This document shows positions 43,720-53,085 of a stretch of DNA of 64,000 nucleotides, in pieces (positions within the stretch are counted from its first letter, which is position 1; the number at the start of each line of letters is the position of its first letter). Origin of the DNA: Acidobacteriota bacterium. GTDB lineage: Bacteria; Acidobacteriota; Terriglobia; 2-12-FULL-54-10. The notes below the pieces were generated by a model. It made no database searches. It was not told the origin of the DNA and saw only the letters and a program-made list of their open reading frames with translations. The stretch is from positions 3,099 to 67,098 of the forward strand of contig SHUM01000003.1 in NCBI GenBank assembly GCA_009691245.1, in the 5' to 3' direction. Both the position numbers and the translations under genes were made by a program.

Positions 43720-45018
43720 ATGACCAATAAAAATGATGAGAAAATCGGCTATTGCCAATTGGCGATTTCTGTCCGTCCACTCCTGCTCGCGGTGGCTTCC
43801 CGTCTGCTGGTCCTGCTCCCTCTGACTATCTGGCAAACTCCATTTGCCCGCGCTCAGGCCGTTCCCTCCGAGGACCCGGTTCCGCTGATCATCTTGATGG
43901 ACAAGCTGGATCATGGTCAGGTGGCTGACGCCGAGCGTTACCTGAAGGACAATCCGCCGGTCATCAAGAAGCGCCTGGAGGAGTTGATCGAGCAGCGCGA
44001 CACGCGCTTCGACGAACTCGGTCGTTTCGGGGCGACCAGCGGCCACGACATTCACAAGCGGGTGCTTGACCAGTTTGTCTCGGAGAATCTTCGTTACGCC
44101 AAACTGTTCGACCTGTATCGTAAAGTTACCGGCGATCAGAACATCTTCAAGCGCTTCGAGGCGCGCCGCCTGCGCTATGAAGGCGCATTCCTGACGCACG
44201 ATGGCGAGGACCTCTGCGGCGAGGAGTTCAACTGGGACGAGGCGCGCAAGCACTATCAGCAATCACTCGACAAGCTGGAGGCCGGCTTCGCCATCGCCAA
44301 GGAGATCAATGAACTGCGCGTGATGGCCTCGGCCAAGATCAACATCGGTTCCACGCTCATCCGCATGCTGGAGACCGACCGCGCCATCGCTGCCTACAAG
44401 GAGGGCATGGAGTATGCCGACAAGCTGCCCGGCGAGCTGTACCGTGGCATGGTGCGGCTGAACCTCGGCAACACCTACGTATGGACCGTCGAGCCCGAGA
44501 AGGCCTTTACCTACGCCAACGACGCGCTGACCAGCTTCAAGAAGATGGGCCGTGGCACTTGGCAATCGAACGCCATGATGGTGATCGGCAACGCGCAGAT
44601 GGAGCAGAAGAATTTCGCCAGTTCTTGGGAGACGCTCAGCGCCGCGCTCGCTGTCGCCAAGCAGTCCGGGGAAGATCGCGTGCGCGGCAAGGCGCTGATG
44701 AACCTGGGTGCCGTCGCGGCGCAGCTCAAGCGTCCTGATGCCGCCAGCTACATCCTGGAAGCGCAGGATTGGTACCGCACGCACGGCGAGGTCTTCACGC
44801 AGATCGAGCGCGAGACGGTGGCCGTGGATGGCCTGATGTCGCTCAGTCGCATCTACCAGCAGGCCGGCAACAAGGCTGAAGCGGACAAATACCGCATGGC
44901 CTATCACAAAGCGGTTGGCGAAGACCCCGACCATTACAATCTGGTGCGCAACAGCCCGTGCTACGCGCTCTACAAAGCCAATCCGGCCAACAAGAACAAC
45001 GAAGCAAAAAATAAGTAA
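43720..45018 (+). CDS. Secreted TPR-like repeat protein, function unknown
   Basis: Signal-like LLAVASRLLVLLPLTIWQTPFARAQA. Helical repeat composition (LNLGNTYV..., ALMNLGAVAAQL...). The overlapping minus ORF 43417..44262 is Leu-rich antisense-like. Confidence 0.5.
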   Translation: MTNKNDEKIGYCQLAISVRPLLLAVASRLLVLLPLTIWQTPFARAQAVPSEDPVPLIILMDKLDHGQVADAERYLKDNPPVIKKRLEELIEQRDTRFDELGRFGATSGHDIHKRVLDQFVSENLRYAKLFDLYRKVTGDQNIFKRFEARRLRYEGAFLTHDGEDLCGEEFNWDEARKHYQQSLDKLEAGFAIAKEINELRVMASAKINIGSTLIRMLETDRAIAAYKEGMEYADKLPGELYRGMVRLNLGNTYVWTVEPEKAFTYANDALTSFKKMGRGTWQSNAMMVIGNAQMEQKNFASSWETLSAALAVAKQSGEDRVRGKALMNLGAVAAQLKRPDAASYILEAQDWYRTHGEVFTQIERETVAVDGLMSLSRIYQQAGNKAEADKYRMAYHKAVGEDPDHYNLVRNSPCYALYKANPANKNNEAKNK

Positions 45019-45095
45019 GCCGGTTTGCGGCTCACCGTTGCGGATACAATAGGCTTCAGTTGCACCGAGTCAGTTTGCGATTGAAGGTGAGCTTC

Positions 45096-48000
45096 ATGAT
45101 CTGGCCACCATCTGGAAAGTCACCGCGCCTGCGCGCCAGAACGTTTTCTCGTTCCCATTCCACATTGCTATCCGCTTTGCTAGTCCTGCTTACCCCGCAG
45201 GTGGCCGTACACGCGCAATCAGTCGGCGGGACCATCCGCGGGCAGGTGCGTGATTCGAGTGGCGGGGCCATTGCTTCCGCGGTGCTCCTGTTGCGCGACA
45301 CCGATAAAGGTCTCGACTACACCGGCCACAGCGACCCCTCCGGCGTGTTTCAATTCGCAGCCCCGGTAGGCAACTACGAGCTTCAGGCGTCCGCGCCGAA
45401 TTTCACGGCGGTGAAAGAGGTGAGGCTCAATCTGTCGCTCGGGCAAACCATCATGCTGGAGATTGCGCTGCCCGTCGCGGGCATCCAGCAAAGTATTGAA
45501 GTGGTCGCGACGGCCCCGCTGGTCGAGACCACCAGCGGCGTGTTGGCGGGACTGGTCAGTCGCGAGCAGTTGGCCGCGCTGCCGCTGAACGGCCGCGACT
45601 TCGGACAGCTCGCGCTACTGCAGCCCGGCGTGGCCGCCAACTCGAACGGTGCGAACTCGCCTTTCGGCGGACGCTGGGCCACGTTTGTAGTGAATGGACA
45701 GCTCGATCAATCCACATTGTTCCTCGTCGATGGCTCGGAGTTGAACGACTTGGCCTCAGGGCGGAACCCCAGTGGATCAAGCGGCCTGCTGCTCGGACTC
45801 GACTCGGTGCAGGAGTTTCAGGTCCTGTTGCACAACTACAAAGCCGAGTTCGGCAAGAACTCCGGCGGCGTCATCCACGTGGCCACGCGCTCGGGCACCA
45901 ACGCGCTGCGCGGCACGGTGTTCGAATTTCTGCGCAACAGCAGGCTCGACGCGAAGAATTTCTTCGACCTTTCCGCGCAGCCCATCCCCGCCTTCCAGCG
46001 CAATCAATTCGGCGCATCGCTCGGCGGCCCGCTGCGCCGCGACCGAACGTTTTTCTTCTTGAGCTACGAGGGACTGCGCGAGCGCAAGGCCATCACCAGC
46101 GTGGCCACTGTTCCTGCGGCGGGGGTGCGTGCGAGCGCGGCGGGTAACGTCATTCCCTTTCTCAATCTCTATCCGCTGCCCAACGGCCCGCTAAATCCAG
46201 ACGGTCGCACCGCCAGCTTCTCTTCGAGCGTCGTGCAACCCGCGCGGGAGGATTTCGGGTTGGTGCGCATCGATCATCGCCTGCGCCGCGAATGGAACTC
46301 CCACACGAAGTTTTCCACGCAAGACAGCCTGGTCGAGCCGCCCTTTGCTTCCACTCCCGTGCCGGGATTTCCGCAGAGCTTGCCGCATCGCATCACCAAC
46401 GCGCTGGTGGGCCTCACCGTGCCCTTCTCGGCGAATGCGCTGGGCGATTTTCACTTCGCCTTCAATCGTACTTTCGGCGCCATCGAGCTGCCGCCGCCGC
46501 CCGGCGGGCTGACCATCACGCCAGTGGCAGGCCGCAACTTTGGCCTGATCAACGTAACGGGCATCTCCAATCTCGGCACGCAGACGTTCGTGCCGCGCGC
46601 CGCGCAGAATCTTTTTGAATCTGCCGCACAGTTTTCTATCCGCCAGGGCCGCCACGCACAGAAGTACGGCGTTACCGTACAGCGCTATCAGGACAACGAA
46701 CTGCGCGGGACGTTCTTCAACGGTCAGTACACCTTTGCCGGACTCACGCAGTTTCTCGCCGGCACACCCGCTTCGTGGCTTGGCGTGCTGGGCGGAACCA
46801 GTGCCGCTGGCCCCGCTTCGCCCGCTGGGTGGCGCTGGACTACGATCAGTGCATTCGCGCAGGAAGATTTCGAGCTGACGCCGCGCTTCACCTTGAACCT
46901 CGGCCTGCGCTATGAGTTCACTACTTCGCCCGGCGATGTCCTCGGCCAGATCGCCAACTTGCGCTCGCCGCTGGACGCCACCGTCACGCTCGGCGGGTCG
47001 CTGTTCAACACCATCGCGCGCTCCTTCTCGCCGCGCTTTGGATTTGCATGGAGTCCGACTCGAGGTAATCGAAGTGATGAGCGCTCGGCGCTGCGCGGCG
47101 GCTTCGGAATTTTCTATAATCCGCTGGTGGTGAACATGTGGGCCAACTCGCGCCTGGTGCCGCCGTTTGTGAACACCGTGCTGCTGGCGGGCGGGCCGCC
47201 ATTTCCCAATCCGCTGGCCACGGGCCGCGCGCCCGCGCTCTCGACCACGGGGCAGGCGCTCGACTTCAATCTCAGCCAGCCTTATACCATGCAGTGGAAC
47301 ATCGAGTGGCAGCAGCAGTTCGCCGACGGCTGGGTGACGCGCGCCGCCTACGCCGGCAATCGCAGCCTGCACATCCTGCGCTCGCTCGAATCGAACCCCG
47401 GCACGCCGGTCGTCCTCGCCGACGGGCGCAAGTGCTTCAACTTTCTCGCCGCCGCCGGTGGCTCCAACGCCGCCTGCCCGTCCGGCTCCACCGTACGCCG
47501 CAACCTGAATTTCGGGCCGATCCGCGGTCGCTCCTCCGACGGACGCTCGTGGTATGACTCGCTGCAATTCACCGCCGAGCGCCGCATCTCCGATGGAGCA
47601 ACCGTGCAGGGTTCCTACACATGGAGCAAGTCGCTCAGCACCAACAACTCGTCGTTCACCTCGTTTCCGAGTCAACCGTCGAACACGCAAGACCCCGACG
47701 ACATATACCTCGACAAAGCCGTCTCGGCTTTCGATGTTCGCCACCGCCTTGCCGTACACGCCATCCTCGCGCTGCCCTCGTTCGCGCCGGGCGCGCCCGG
47801 GCGCGTGCTGCACGGGTGGCGCATTGCGGCCATCGGCTCGCTCTCTTCTGGGTATCCGTTCACGGTGGTGGACGGCATCAATCGCTCGCAGAATCTCCAG
47901 ACCGATGTCGCTCTCGCCGACCGTCCGAACTGGGCCGCTCGCGCGACTGTTGCAGGGGCGACCAGCGGAGTCTCCAGGGCTTGTCGCATTGATGGACAGG

Positions 48001-48377
48001 AGCTTTTCGGCGGACGCAAACTGGGCACTCCCGATCTGTACTTCGATCCGTGCGCGTTCGTTCTACAGCCGCAGGGCTTCTACGGCAACGCCGCGCGCAA
48101 CGCGCTCACCGGCCCGGGATTTTTCAATGCCGATCTTTCGCTGAGCAGAAACTTTGCGCTGCACGAGCGGCAGCAGCTTGAGTTCCGCGCCGACCTGTTC
48201 AACATTCTGAACAGGCCCAACTTCGCGACGCCCAGCAGCCCCACCGGCGCGCAGGTCTCCGGCGGCGCCATCGTGTTTCCCGATGCCACCGGCGCGCCCG
48301 CCGGGAATGCGGGACAGATCTTCCGCACGGTGAATGACTCGCGACAGATTCAGTTTTCGTTGCGCTACAGCTTTTAG
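45096..48377 (+). CDS. TonB-dependent receptor with N-terminal carboxypeptidase-regulatory-like domain (start uncertain, 45060-45096)
   Basis: Signal peptide, then a CarboxypepD_reg-like domain (GTIRGQVRDSSGGAIASAVLLL...YELQASAPNF), plug and a long beta-barrel ending in the aromatic terminal strand (...FSLRYSF). Confidence 0.8.
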   Translation: MIWPPSGKSPRLRARTFSRSHSTLLSALLVLLTPQVAVHAQSVGGTIRGQVRDSSGGAIASAVLLLRDTDKGLDYTGHSDPSGVFQFAAPVGNYELQASAPNFTAVKEVRLNLSLGQTIMLEIALPVAGIQQSIEVVATAPLVETTSGVLAGLVSREQLAALPLNGRDFGQLALLQPGVAANSNGANSPFGGRWATFVVNGQLDQSTLFLVDGSELNDLASGRNPSGSSGLLLGLDSVQEFQVLLHNYKAEFGKNSGGVIHVATRSGTNALRGTVFEFLRNSRLDAKNFFDLSAQPIPAFQRNQFGASLGGPLRRDRTFFFLSYEGLRERKAITSVATVPAAGVRASAAGNVIPFLNLYPLPNGPLNPDGRTASFSSSVVQPAREDFGLVRIDHRLRREWNSHTKFSTQDSLVEPPFASTPVPGFPQSLPHRITNALVGLTVPFSANALGDFHFAFNRTFGAIELPPPPGGLTITPVAGRNFGLINVTGISNLGTQTFVPRAAQNLFESAAQFSIRQGRHAQKYGVTVQRYQDNELRGTFFNGQYTFAGLTQFLAGTPASWLGVLGGTSAAGPASPAGWRWTTISAFAQEDFELTPRFTLNLGLRYEFTTSPGDVLGQIANLRSPLDATVTLGGSLFNTIARSFSPRFGFAWSPTRGNRSDERSALRGGFGIFYNPLVVNMWANSRLVPPFVNTVLLAGGPPFPNPLATGRAPALSTTGQALDFNLSQPYTMQWNIEWQQQFADGWVTRAAYAGNRSLHILRSLESNPGTPVVLADGRKCFNFLAAAGGSNAACPSGSTVRRNLNFGPIRGRSSDGRSWYDSLQFTAERRISDGATVQGSYTWSKSLSTNNSSFTSFPSQPSNTQDPDDIYLDKAVSAFDVRHRLAVHAILALPSFAPGAPGRVLHGWRIAAIGSLSSGYPFTVVDGINRSQNLQTDVALADRPNWAARATVAGATSGVSRACRIDGQELFGGRKLGTPDLYFDPCAFVLQPQGFYGNAARNALTGPGFFNADLSLSRNFALHERQQLEFRADLFNILNRPNFATPSSPTGAQVSGGAIVFPDATGAPAGNAGQIFRTVNDSRQIQFSLRYSF

Positions 48378-48390
48378 GTTTAGTTTCGAA

Positions 48391-48470
48391 AACAGAGCCG
48401 CGACCGTTAGGGAGCGCGGGTTGCTCCCCGTAACGAAAGCAACCACCGCTCCCTAACGGTCGCGACTCTG
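48391..48470. repeat. Palindromic hairpin repeat, family 1 copy C (arms AACAGAGCCGCGACCGTTAGGGAGCG / CGCTCCCTAACGGTCGCGACTCTG, loop with nested hairpin)
   Basis: Read directly. 14 bp after the TonB-dependent receptor stop. Confidence 0.65.
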
Positions 48471-48489
48471 ATCCGATTTCCCGACTTAT

Positions 48490-49281
48490 ATGAATTCACC
48501 GTGGCACCTTCCGCGCATCCCCGAGCCTGAGGAGATGGACTGCTCGGACGAGGTGGAGGTCTACAACTCCGCTGCCGCCTCGGCACACCTCGATGCCATC
48601 GACAACACGTTTGTAGAACATCTGATGAGGCTGCTGCCGGAATCAGAGCCCCGACCGCCAGGGAGGGGGCACGCCAGGGACACAGGGATGATCGGCAACC
48701 GTGCCCCCTCCCTGGCGGTCGGGGCTCTGAGGGATCAAGTGCGAAAATCACAATATCTTGGGTTGGATATTGGCTGCGGCCCGGCGCAGATTCCTGTGAA
48801 GACGCTTCAGCGGGTTCCAGGCCTGCGGTTGGTTGGTCTGGATGGCGCGGGCAACATGCTGCGCTGCGCGCGCGCGAATGCCGTGCAAGCTGGCGTTGAG
48901 GATCGGCTGATACTGGCCCAAGGCGACGCGAAGAATCTGCCCTTCGCGGACGGCACGTTCTCCATCGTCACCTGCAACTCGATGCTGCACCATGCGCGTG
49001 ATCCTCTGGCGCTGTTGCGCGAGATACGCCGCGTGGCCGCTCCCGGTGCGGCGATCCTACTGCGCGACCTACGGCGTCCGGCGTATCCGCTTCAGGCCTG
49101 GCACCTATGGCGGCATGGACGGAAATACAGTGGGCTGATGCGCCGCCTGTTCGACTTGAGCGTGCAAGCCGCATACACCGCCGACGAACTGGAGGCCATG
49201 CTGCGCGCCGTGCCCATCCCAGGCGCGCGCGTGTTCCGCTACAAGGGCGCGCATATTGGAATTGAAAGGCGGGGGAATTGA
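48490..49281 (+). CDS. Class I SAM-dependent methyltransferase carrying an in-frame 87-bp hairpin-repeat insertion
   Basis: SAM motif LDIGCGPAQ and acidic motif (ILLRDL). N-terminal region is ~30 aa longer than usual. The extra residues SEPRPPGRGHARDTGMIGNRAPSLAVGAL are exactly the translation of the repeat at 48644..48730. Confidence 0.7.
   Translation: MNSPWHLPRIPEPEEMDCSDEVEVYNSAAASAHLDAIDNTFVEHLMRLLPESEPRPPGRGHARDTGMIGNRAPSLAVGALRDQVRKSQYLGLDIGCGPAQIPVKTLQRVPGLRLVGLDGAGNMLRCARANAVQAGVEDRLILAQGDAKNLPFADGTFSIVTCNSMLHHARDPLALLREIRRVAAPGAAILLRDLRRPAYPLQAWHLWRHGRKYSGLMRRLFDLSVQAAYTADELEAMLRAVPIPGARVFRYKGAHIGIERRGN
48644..48730. repeat. Hairpin repeat family 1b, perfect copy (30-bp arms TCAGAGCCCCGACCGCCAGGGAGGGGGCACG, 25-nt loop), located inside the CDS
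   Basis: Perfect 30-bp inverted repeat read directly. 87 bp = 29 codons, so the frame is preserved. Confidence 0.75.
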
Positions 49282-49385
49282 TACGAGCCTGTCCGCAGAT
49301 TACACAGATGGCGGGTTAACCCTTCTGCGAAATCTGTGCAATCTGCGGACAGGCTCCGTTACTTCGTTTCGGGAACATGCGTTGG

Positions 49386-50453
49386 CTACGAGTGGGGTTG
49401 CAGAATGACCTTCAGGGAATTCTCTCTGGGGTTGGAGGCCAGATCGAAGGCGTTGCGGATGCCGCTCAACGGGAAGCGGTGGGTGATGAGGTCCTCTACC
49501 TGAACACGGCGCGTGGCGATCCAGTCGAGCGCCTCGGCCATGTCGCGCGGCGCGGCGCCGTAGCTGAACAGTACGGATGGTTGCGCGATCCAGAAGCGGG
49601 TGAAGGGAATTTCGAGTTTCTTGTCGGGGCCGTCGGCGGCGAAGAACATGATCTGCCCGCCCCGGTTGATACACTCCAGCGCCTGAGTGGCCGCGGCGGG
49701 CGCGCCCGTGCAGACAATCACGCGATCAGCGGAGGGCAGCTTCTGGCTGGCCAGGCAGACTTCATCGGCACCGCTGTGCAGCGCCGCTTGCAGACGATCC
49801 TGGCTCATATCGACGGCGATGATCTTCCCCGCGCCCAGCGCGCGCAGCAACTTAATGTGTAGCAAGCCGGCTAGGCCGCTGCCGATTACCAGCGCGGAAC
49901 GATCCGCCACCGGCATGATTTTGCGCACCGAGCGCACCACGCAGCCGAGCGGCTCAACGAAAGAGGCTTCGTCAAAACTCACCGAGTCGGGAATCCGGTA
50001 GAGGCCGTTGGTGATGCCGGATTCAAGAATGCGCACATACTGCGCGAACCCGCCCGGTTCGATGTGCTTGTGGTGCATGGTCTCGCAGGCGGTCTCATTG
50101 CCATCCAGGCAGGGCACGCATTTCAGGCAGGGAAAATGATGCGTGATCACTACGCGATCACCGGGTGAGAAACTGGAGACCTGCTCACCGACGCGCACAA
50201 TCTCGCCGGCGATCTCATGGCCGGTGTTGATGGCACCGCGCTTGATGGCTTCGGGCTCGCGGTACCAGCGCATGGTGTCACTGCCGCAGATGCCACAGGA
50301 GCGCACTGCCGCCAGAATTTCCGAAGCGCCGATGGCCGGAACGGAGCAATCTTCCACACGCACGTCCTGATGGCTGTAGTAGAAGCCCGCCTTCATCTGT
50401 GCGGGAAGATTGTCGTTGGCGCCGGAAGATGTAGGAGTGGGTGGCGTCGCCAT
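49386..50453 (-). CDS. Zinc-dependent medium-chain alcohol dehydrogenase (threonine/sorbitol/galactitol-1-P dehydrogenase-like)
   Basis: GICGSD catalytic-zinc motif, structural zinc Cys cluster (CLKCVPCLDG), Rossmann GSGLAG. Confidence 0.8.
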   Translation of the reverse strand: MATPPTPTSSGANDNLPAQMKAGFYYSHQDVRVEDCSVPAIGASEILAAVRSCGICGSDTMRWYREPEAIKRGAINTGHEIAGEIVRVGEQVSSFSPGDRVVITHHFPCLKCVPCLDGNETACETMHHKHIEPGGFAQYVRILESGITNGLYRIPDSVSFDEASFVEPLGCVVRSVRKIMPVADRSALVIGSGLAGLLHIKLLRALGAGKIIAVDMSQDRLQAALHSGADEVCLASQKLPSADRVIVCTGAPAAATQALECINRGGQIMFFAADGPDKKLEIPFTRFWIAQPSVLFSYGAAPRDMAEALDWIATRRVQVEDLITHRFPLSGIRNAFDLASNPRENSLKVILQPHS

Positions 50454-50458
50454 TTGAA

Positions 50459-51412
50459 CTAGCCTCGCACTTGCTCGAAGATTTTGTAGCCCTCGTCCGG
50501 AGTAGCGCCGTTGTGGACCACGGCACGCAGCGCCTGAATCATCGCCACGGGATGCTTGTGCCGCCAGACGCGGCGGCCGAAGTCGATACCCTTGGCGCCC
50601 TTCTGGATGGAGTCATAGGCGAGGTTCAGGCTGTCGCGCGTTTCGTCAATTCCCTTGGGCGCCTTGCCGCCGGCGACGATGACGGGCACGCCGCTGGTCA
50701 CAATGACACGCTCGAAGCCCACGCCGCAGTTGTAGGTCTTGATCATGTCGGCGCCGTGCGCGACCATAATGGCGCTGGCGCGCGTGAGGAAGTCGGAGTC
50801 CTTCTCGAGATAGCCGAGCGCATTGCCCACGGCGACCACGCCCAGCACGGCGATGCCGGCCTTGCGCGCGTGCCGCGACATGGTGGCCAGATTGTTCAGC
50901 GTGCTCGACTGGTACTTCGTGCGCAGATACACGGAGACCGCGGCGGCCACCGCGCCTTCTTCCTTCACATTCTGGCCGGAGAGAATCAGCCGCTCGTTGG
51001 CGATGGTGTCGGGCTCGTGCAGGAAGCTATCGAGATAACGGAACCATTCAAACTCCGCATCGCTGGCCTGGCCACTGTCCGTCTTCGTTCTTAACTCGGC
51101 GTAGGTGCTGTCGAAATCCCTGCCGGTGCGTTGCTGATAGGCGAACTTCGCAGGCTCCTGAAGATACCCGGGCACGGAGACGTCCATGGTGCTGGTGCAG
51201 CCGGAGGCGCGCAGGATCACCGGCGCGCTGACCTTGCCGCCAAAGTCGTTGCGCAGCACGGCTGGGTCGGTCATCAACACGTCCACGTAAGGCAGCAGCG
51301 GCCGCAGCACCTGGCCGGGGCGCTCCAGTCCCGCCACCACGCCGAAATATCGATGGTCGGAGGCCAGCACCACGATCCGTTCATTACGGCCAAAAATCTT
51401 CTTCAAGCTCAT
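50459..51412 (-). CDS. Class I aldolase of the DhnA/DeoC-LacD family (fructose- or tagatose-bisphosphate aldolase-like)
   Basis: 317 aa. TIM-barrel aldolase pattern with Schiff-base Lys context (…MIKTYN…). 5 bp downstream of the ADH gene on the same strand. Confidence 0.6.
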   Translation of the reverse strand: MSLKKIFGRNERIVVLASDHRYFGVVAGLERPGQVLRPLLPYVDVLMTDPAVLRNDFGGKVSAPVILRASGCTSTMDVSVPGYLQEPAKFAYQQRTGRDFDSTYAELRTKTDSGQASDAEFEWFRYLDSFLHEPDTIANERLILSGQNVKEEGAVAAAVSVYLRTKYQSSTLNNLATMSRHARKAGIAVLGVVAVGNALGYLEKDSDFLTRASAIMVAHGADMIKTYNCGVGFERVIVTSGVPVIVAGGKAPKGIDETRDSLNLAYDSIQKGAKGIDFGRRVWRHKHPVAMIQALRAVVHNGATPDEGYKIFEQVRG

Positions 51413-51573
51413 ACTGCTCTCCCTTCATAACTGAATGGGGGATTCCCTGCGGCTGAAAGTCTCAGCGCAAAACACTCCCACCAGTATAGAACAGGATCAA
51501 ACGGCCCAGCAAAATTCCGGGTCCTTGAATCGTGTGGGCGATCCAACGGGGGTGTTCAGGCTACAATCAGGCG

Positions 51574-52317
51574 ATGGAGATTAATGCGAGAAGCCTGTCG
51601 CGGTTGGGGCTGGTGCTCGGCACAGCCTGCGAATACATTGTGCGTTATGGAGCCCGTAGGCTCTTTGGACGGCTCACGGCGCAGGCCCGAGCCCAGTGGC
51701 TGCATCGGTGCTGCGGTCGCGGCCTAAGGCGGCTGGGAATTCCCGTCCAGGTCTCCGGAAAATTTCCGTCGCGCGGACTGATCGTCTCGAATCACTTGAG
51801 CTATCTCGACATTCTCATCTACAGCAGCATCTCGCCGTGCGTGTTTGTCTCCAAACGCGAAGTGCGTTCCTGGCCGGTGTTCGGGATCATGGCCGCCATC
51901 GCCGGCACCGTCTTTATTGATCGTGCGCGCAATGTGGACGCGCTGCGCGTGAACCATGAGATGTTGGAGACGTTGGCGCAGGATGCGGTTGTAGTTCTCT
52001 ACGCCGAGGGCACCAGCAGCGATGGGCACGGGGTTCTCCCCTTTCGCCCCGCGCTGTTCGATGGCGTGGTGAGGTCCGGCGTGCCCATTACCCCCGCGCA
52101 CATCAGCTATCGCTTGAGCGATGGCCGGCCAGAGGACGATGTTTGCTACTGGGGCGACCACTCGTTCCTGCCGCACCTGCTCAGGTGCCTCTCGCGCCAC
52201 GGCTTGCAGGCGACCGTGCAGTTCTCGGCTGAGTCCCGCACCTATGAAGACCGCAAAGTGGCCGCACAACAGACGCACGACGCCGTTGCACAGCTCGCGC
52301 AACAGGCCAGCGGTTAA
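51574..52317 (+). CDS. PlsC-family lysophospholipid acyltransferase
   Basis: HX4D motif (SNHLSYLDIL) and EGT motif (YAEGTSS). Confidence 0.75.
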   Translation: MEINARSLSRLGLVLGTACEYIVRYGARRLFGRLTAQARAQWLHRCCGRGLRRLGIPVQVSGKFPSRGLIVSNHLSYLDILIYSSISPCVFVSKREVRSWPVFGIMAAIAGTVFIDRARNVDALRVNHEMLETLAQDAVVVLYAEGTSSDGHGVLPFRPALFDGVVRSGVPITPAHISYRLSDGRPEDDVCYWGDHSFLPHLLRCLSRHGLQATVQFSAESRTYEDRKVAAQQTHDAVAQLAQQASG

Positions 52318-52557
52318 CCAGAATAATATTGTCTGATGTGAGGATATTGCGGAGAGGCTGCGACCCCGACAGGGTCGGTGTTCTTGCGGTACGGTTTCCG
52401 GGGGCGTTGCCACCGGCTCTTCACCTTAATCCCCTTCGGGGACGGTTCGTCCTGCTGCTTTCCATCTCCTACAAATCTTGTGAAAGCAGGCCATGCAAAA
52501 ATAGCGTGAGCTTACTGTCAGCGCAGACTCCCCGGTCGCTGAAGACAAGCCGCAGCC

Positions 52558-52785
52558 TTATACTGCTTCCGGCCAGGCAATTCCCTTTAGCGCGAACATC
52601 TCGCGTGCCGAGGCGCGCGTCGCGCACTCGCTGCACATCCACACCGGAGGCTCGTCGTCGACCACCGCCGCCTCACACTCCGATACATTCTGGCAGGACC
52701 AGCAGACTTCGATGGCATCCACCACGCGGCGAATGTTTCCACGCATTTCAATCAACTCCCGGTATTCCATGATTGAGACTGTCAT
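52558..52785 (-). CDS. Small Cys-rich (zinc-ribbon-like) protein, 75 aa
   Basis: CWSC...C...CSEC cysteine pairs; function unknown. Confidence 0.4.
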   Translation of the reverse strand: MTVSIMEYRELIEMRGNIRRVVDAIEVCWSCQNVSECEAAVVDDEPPVWMCSECATRASAREMFALKGIAWPEAV

Positions 52786-53085
52786 AAGCCACCTCCACCT
52801 TCACCTACACAATAGCAGCGGCCAGATCGGCATTGAATAGCGCGGAAGCCACATTCTTCACTAGTTCCCGAGTACTACTCCCAACATCTTTCGGCTTCTG
52901 CAAACCGAAGATTAATACTGTTCCCGATAATACCAATGCTGATTGTTTGGATTGTTACTTTTGAGAGACGGTTGCCTGCCAGGCAAAAGACTTAAGAATC
53001 AGGCGCTGGAGGAGTGCGCGATCCCTCCAGCGCCTGACTAAGTTGTGGTCCTGATGTAGAGGTGCTACGCTCGGTTACCGTGAAA

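Noticed and set aside
43417-44262. 281-aa minus-strand ORF overlapping the TPR-like gene
   Set aside because: Leu-rich antisense-like composition; the plus-strand frame has a signal peptide and repeat architecture.
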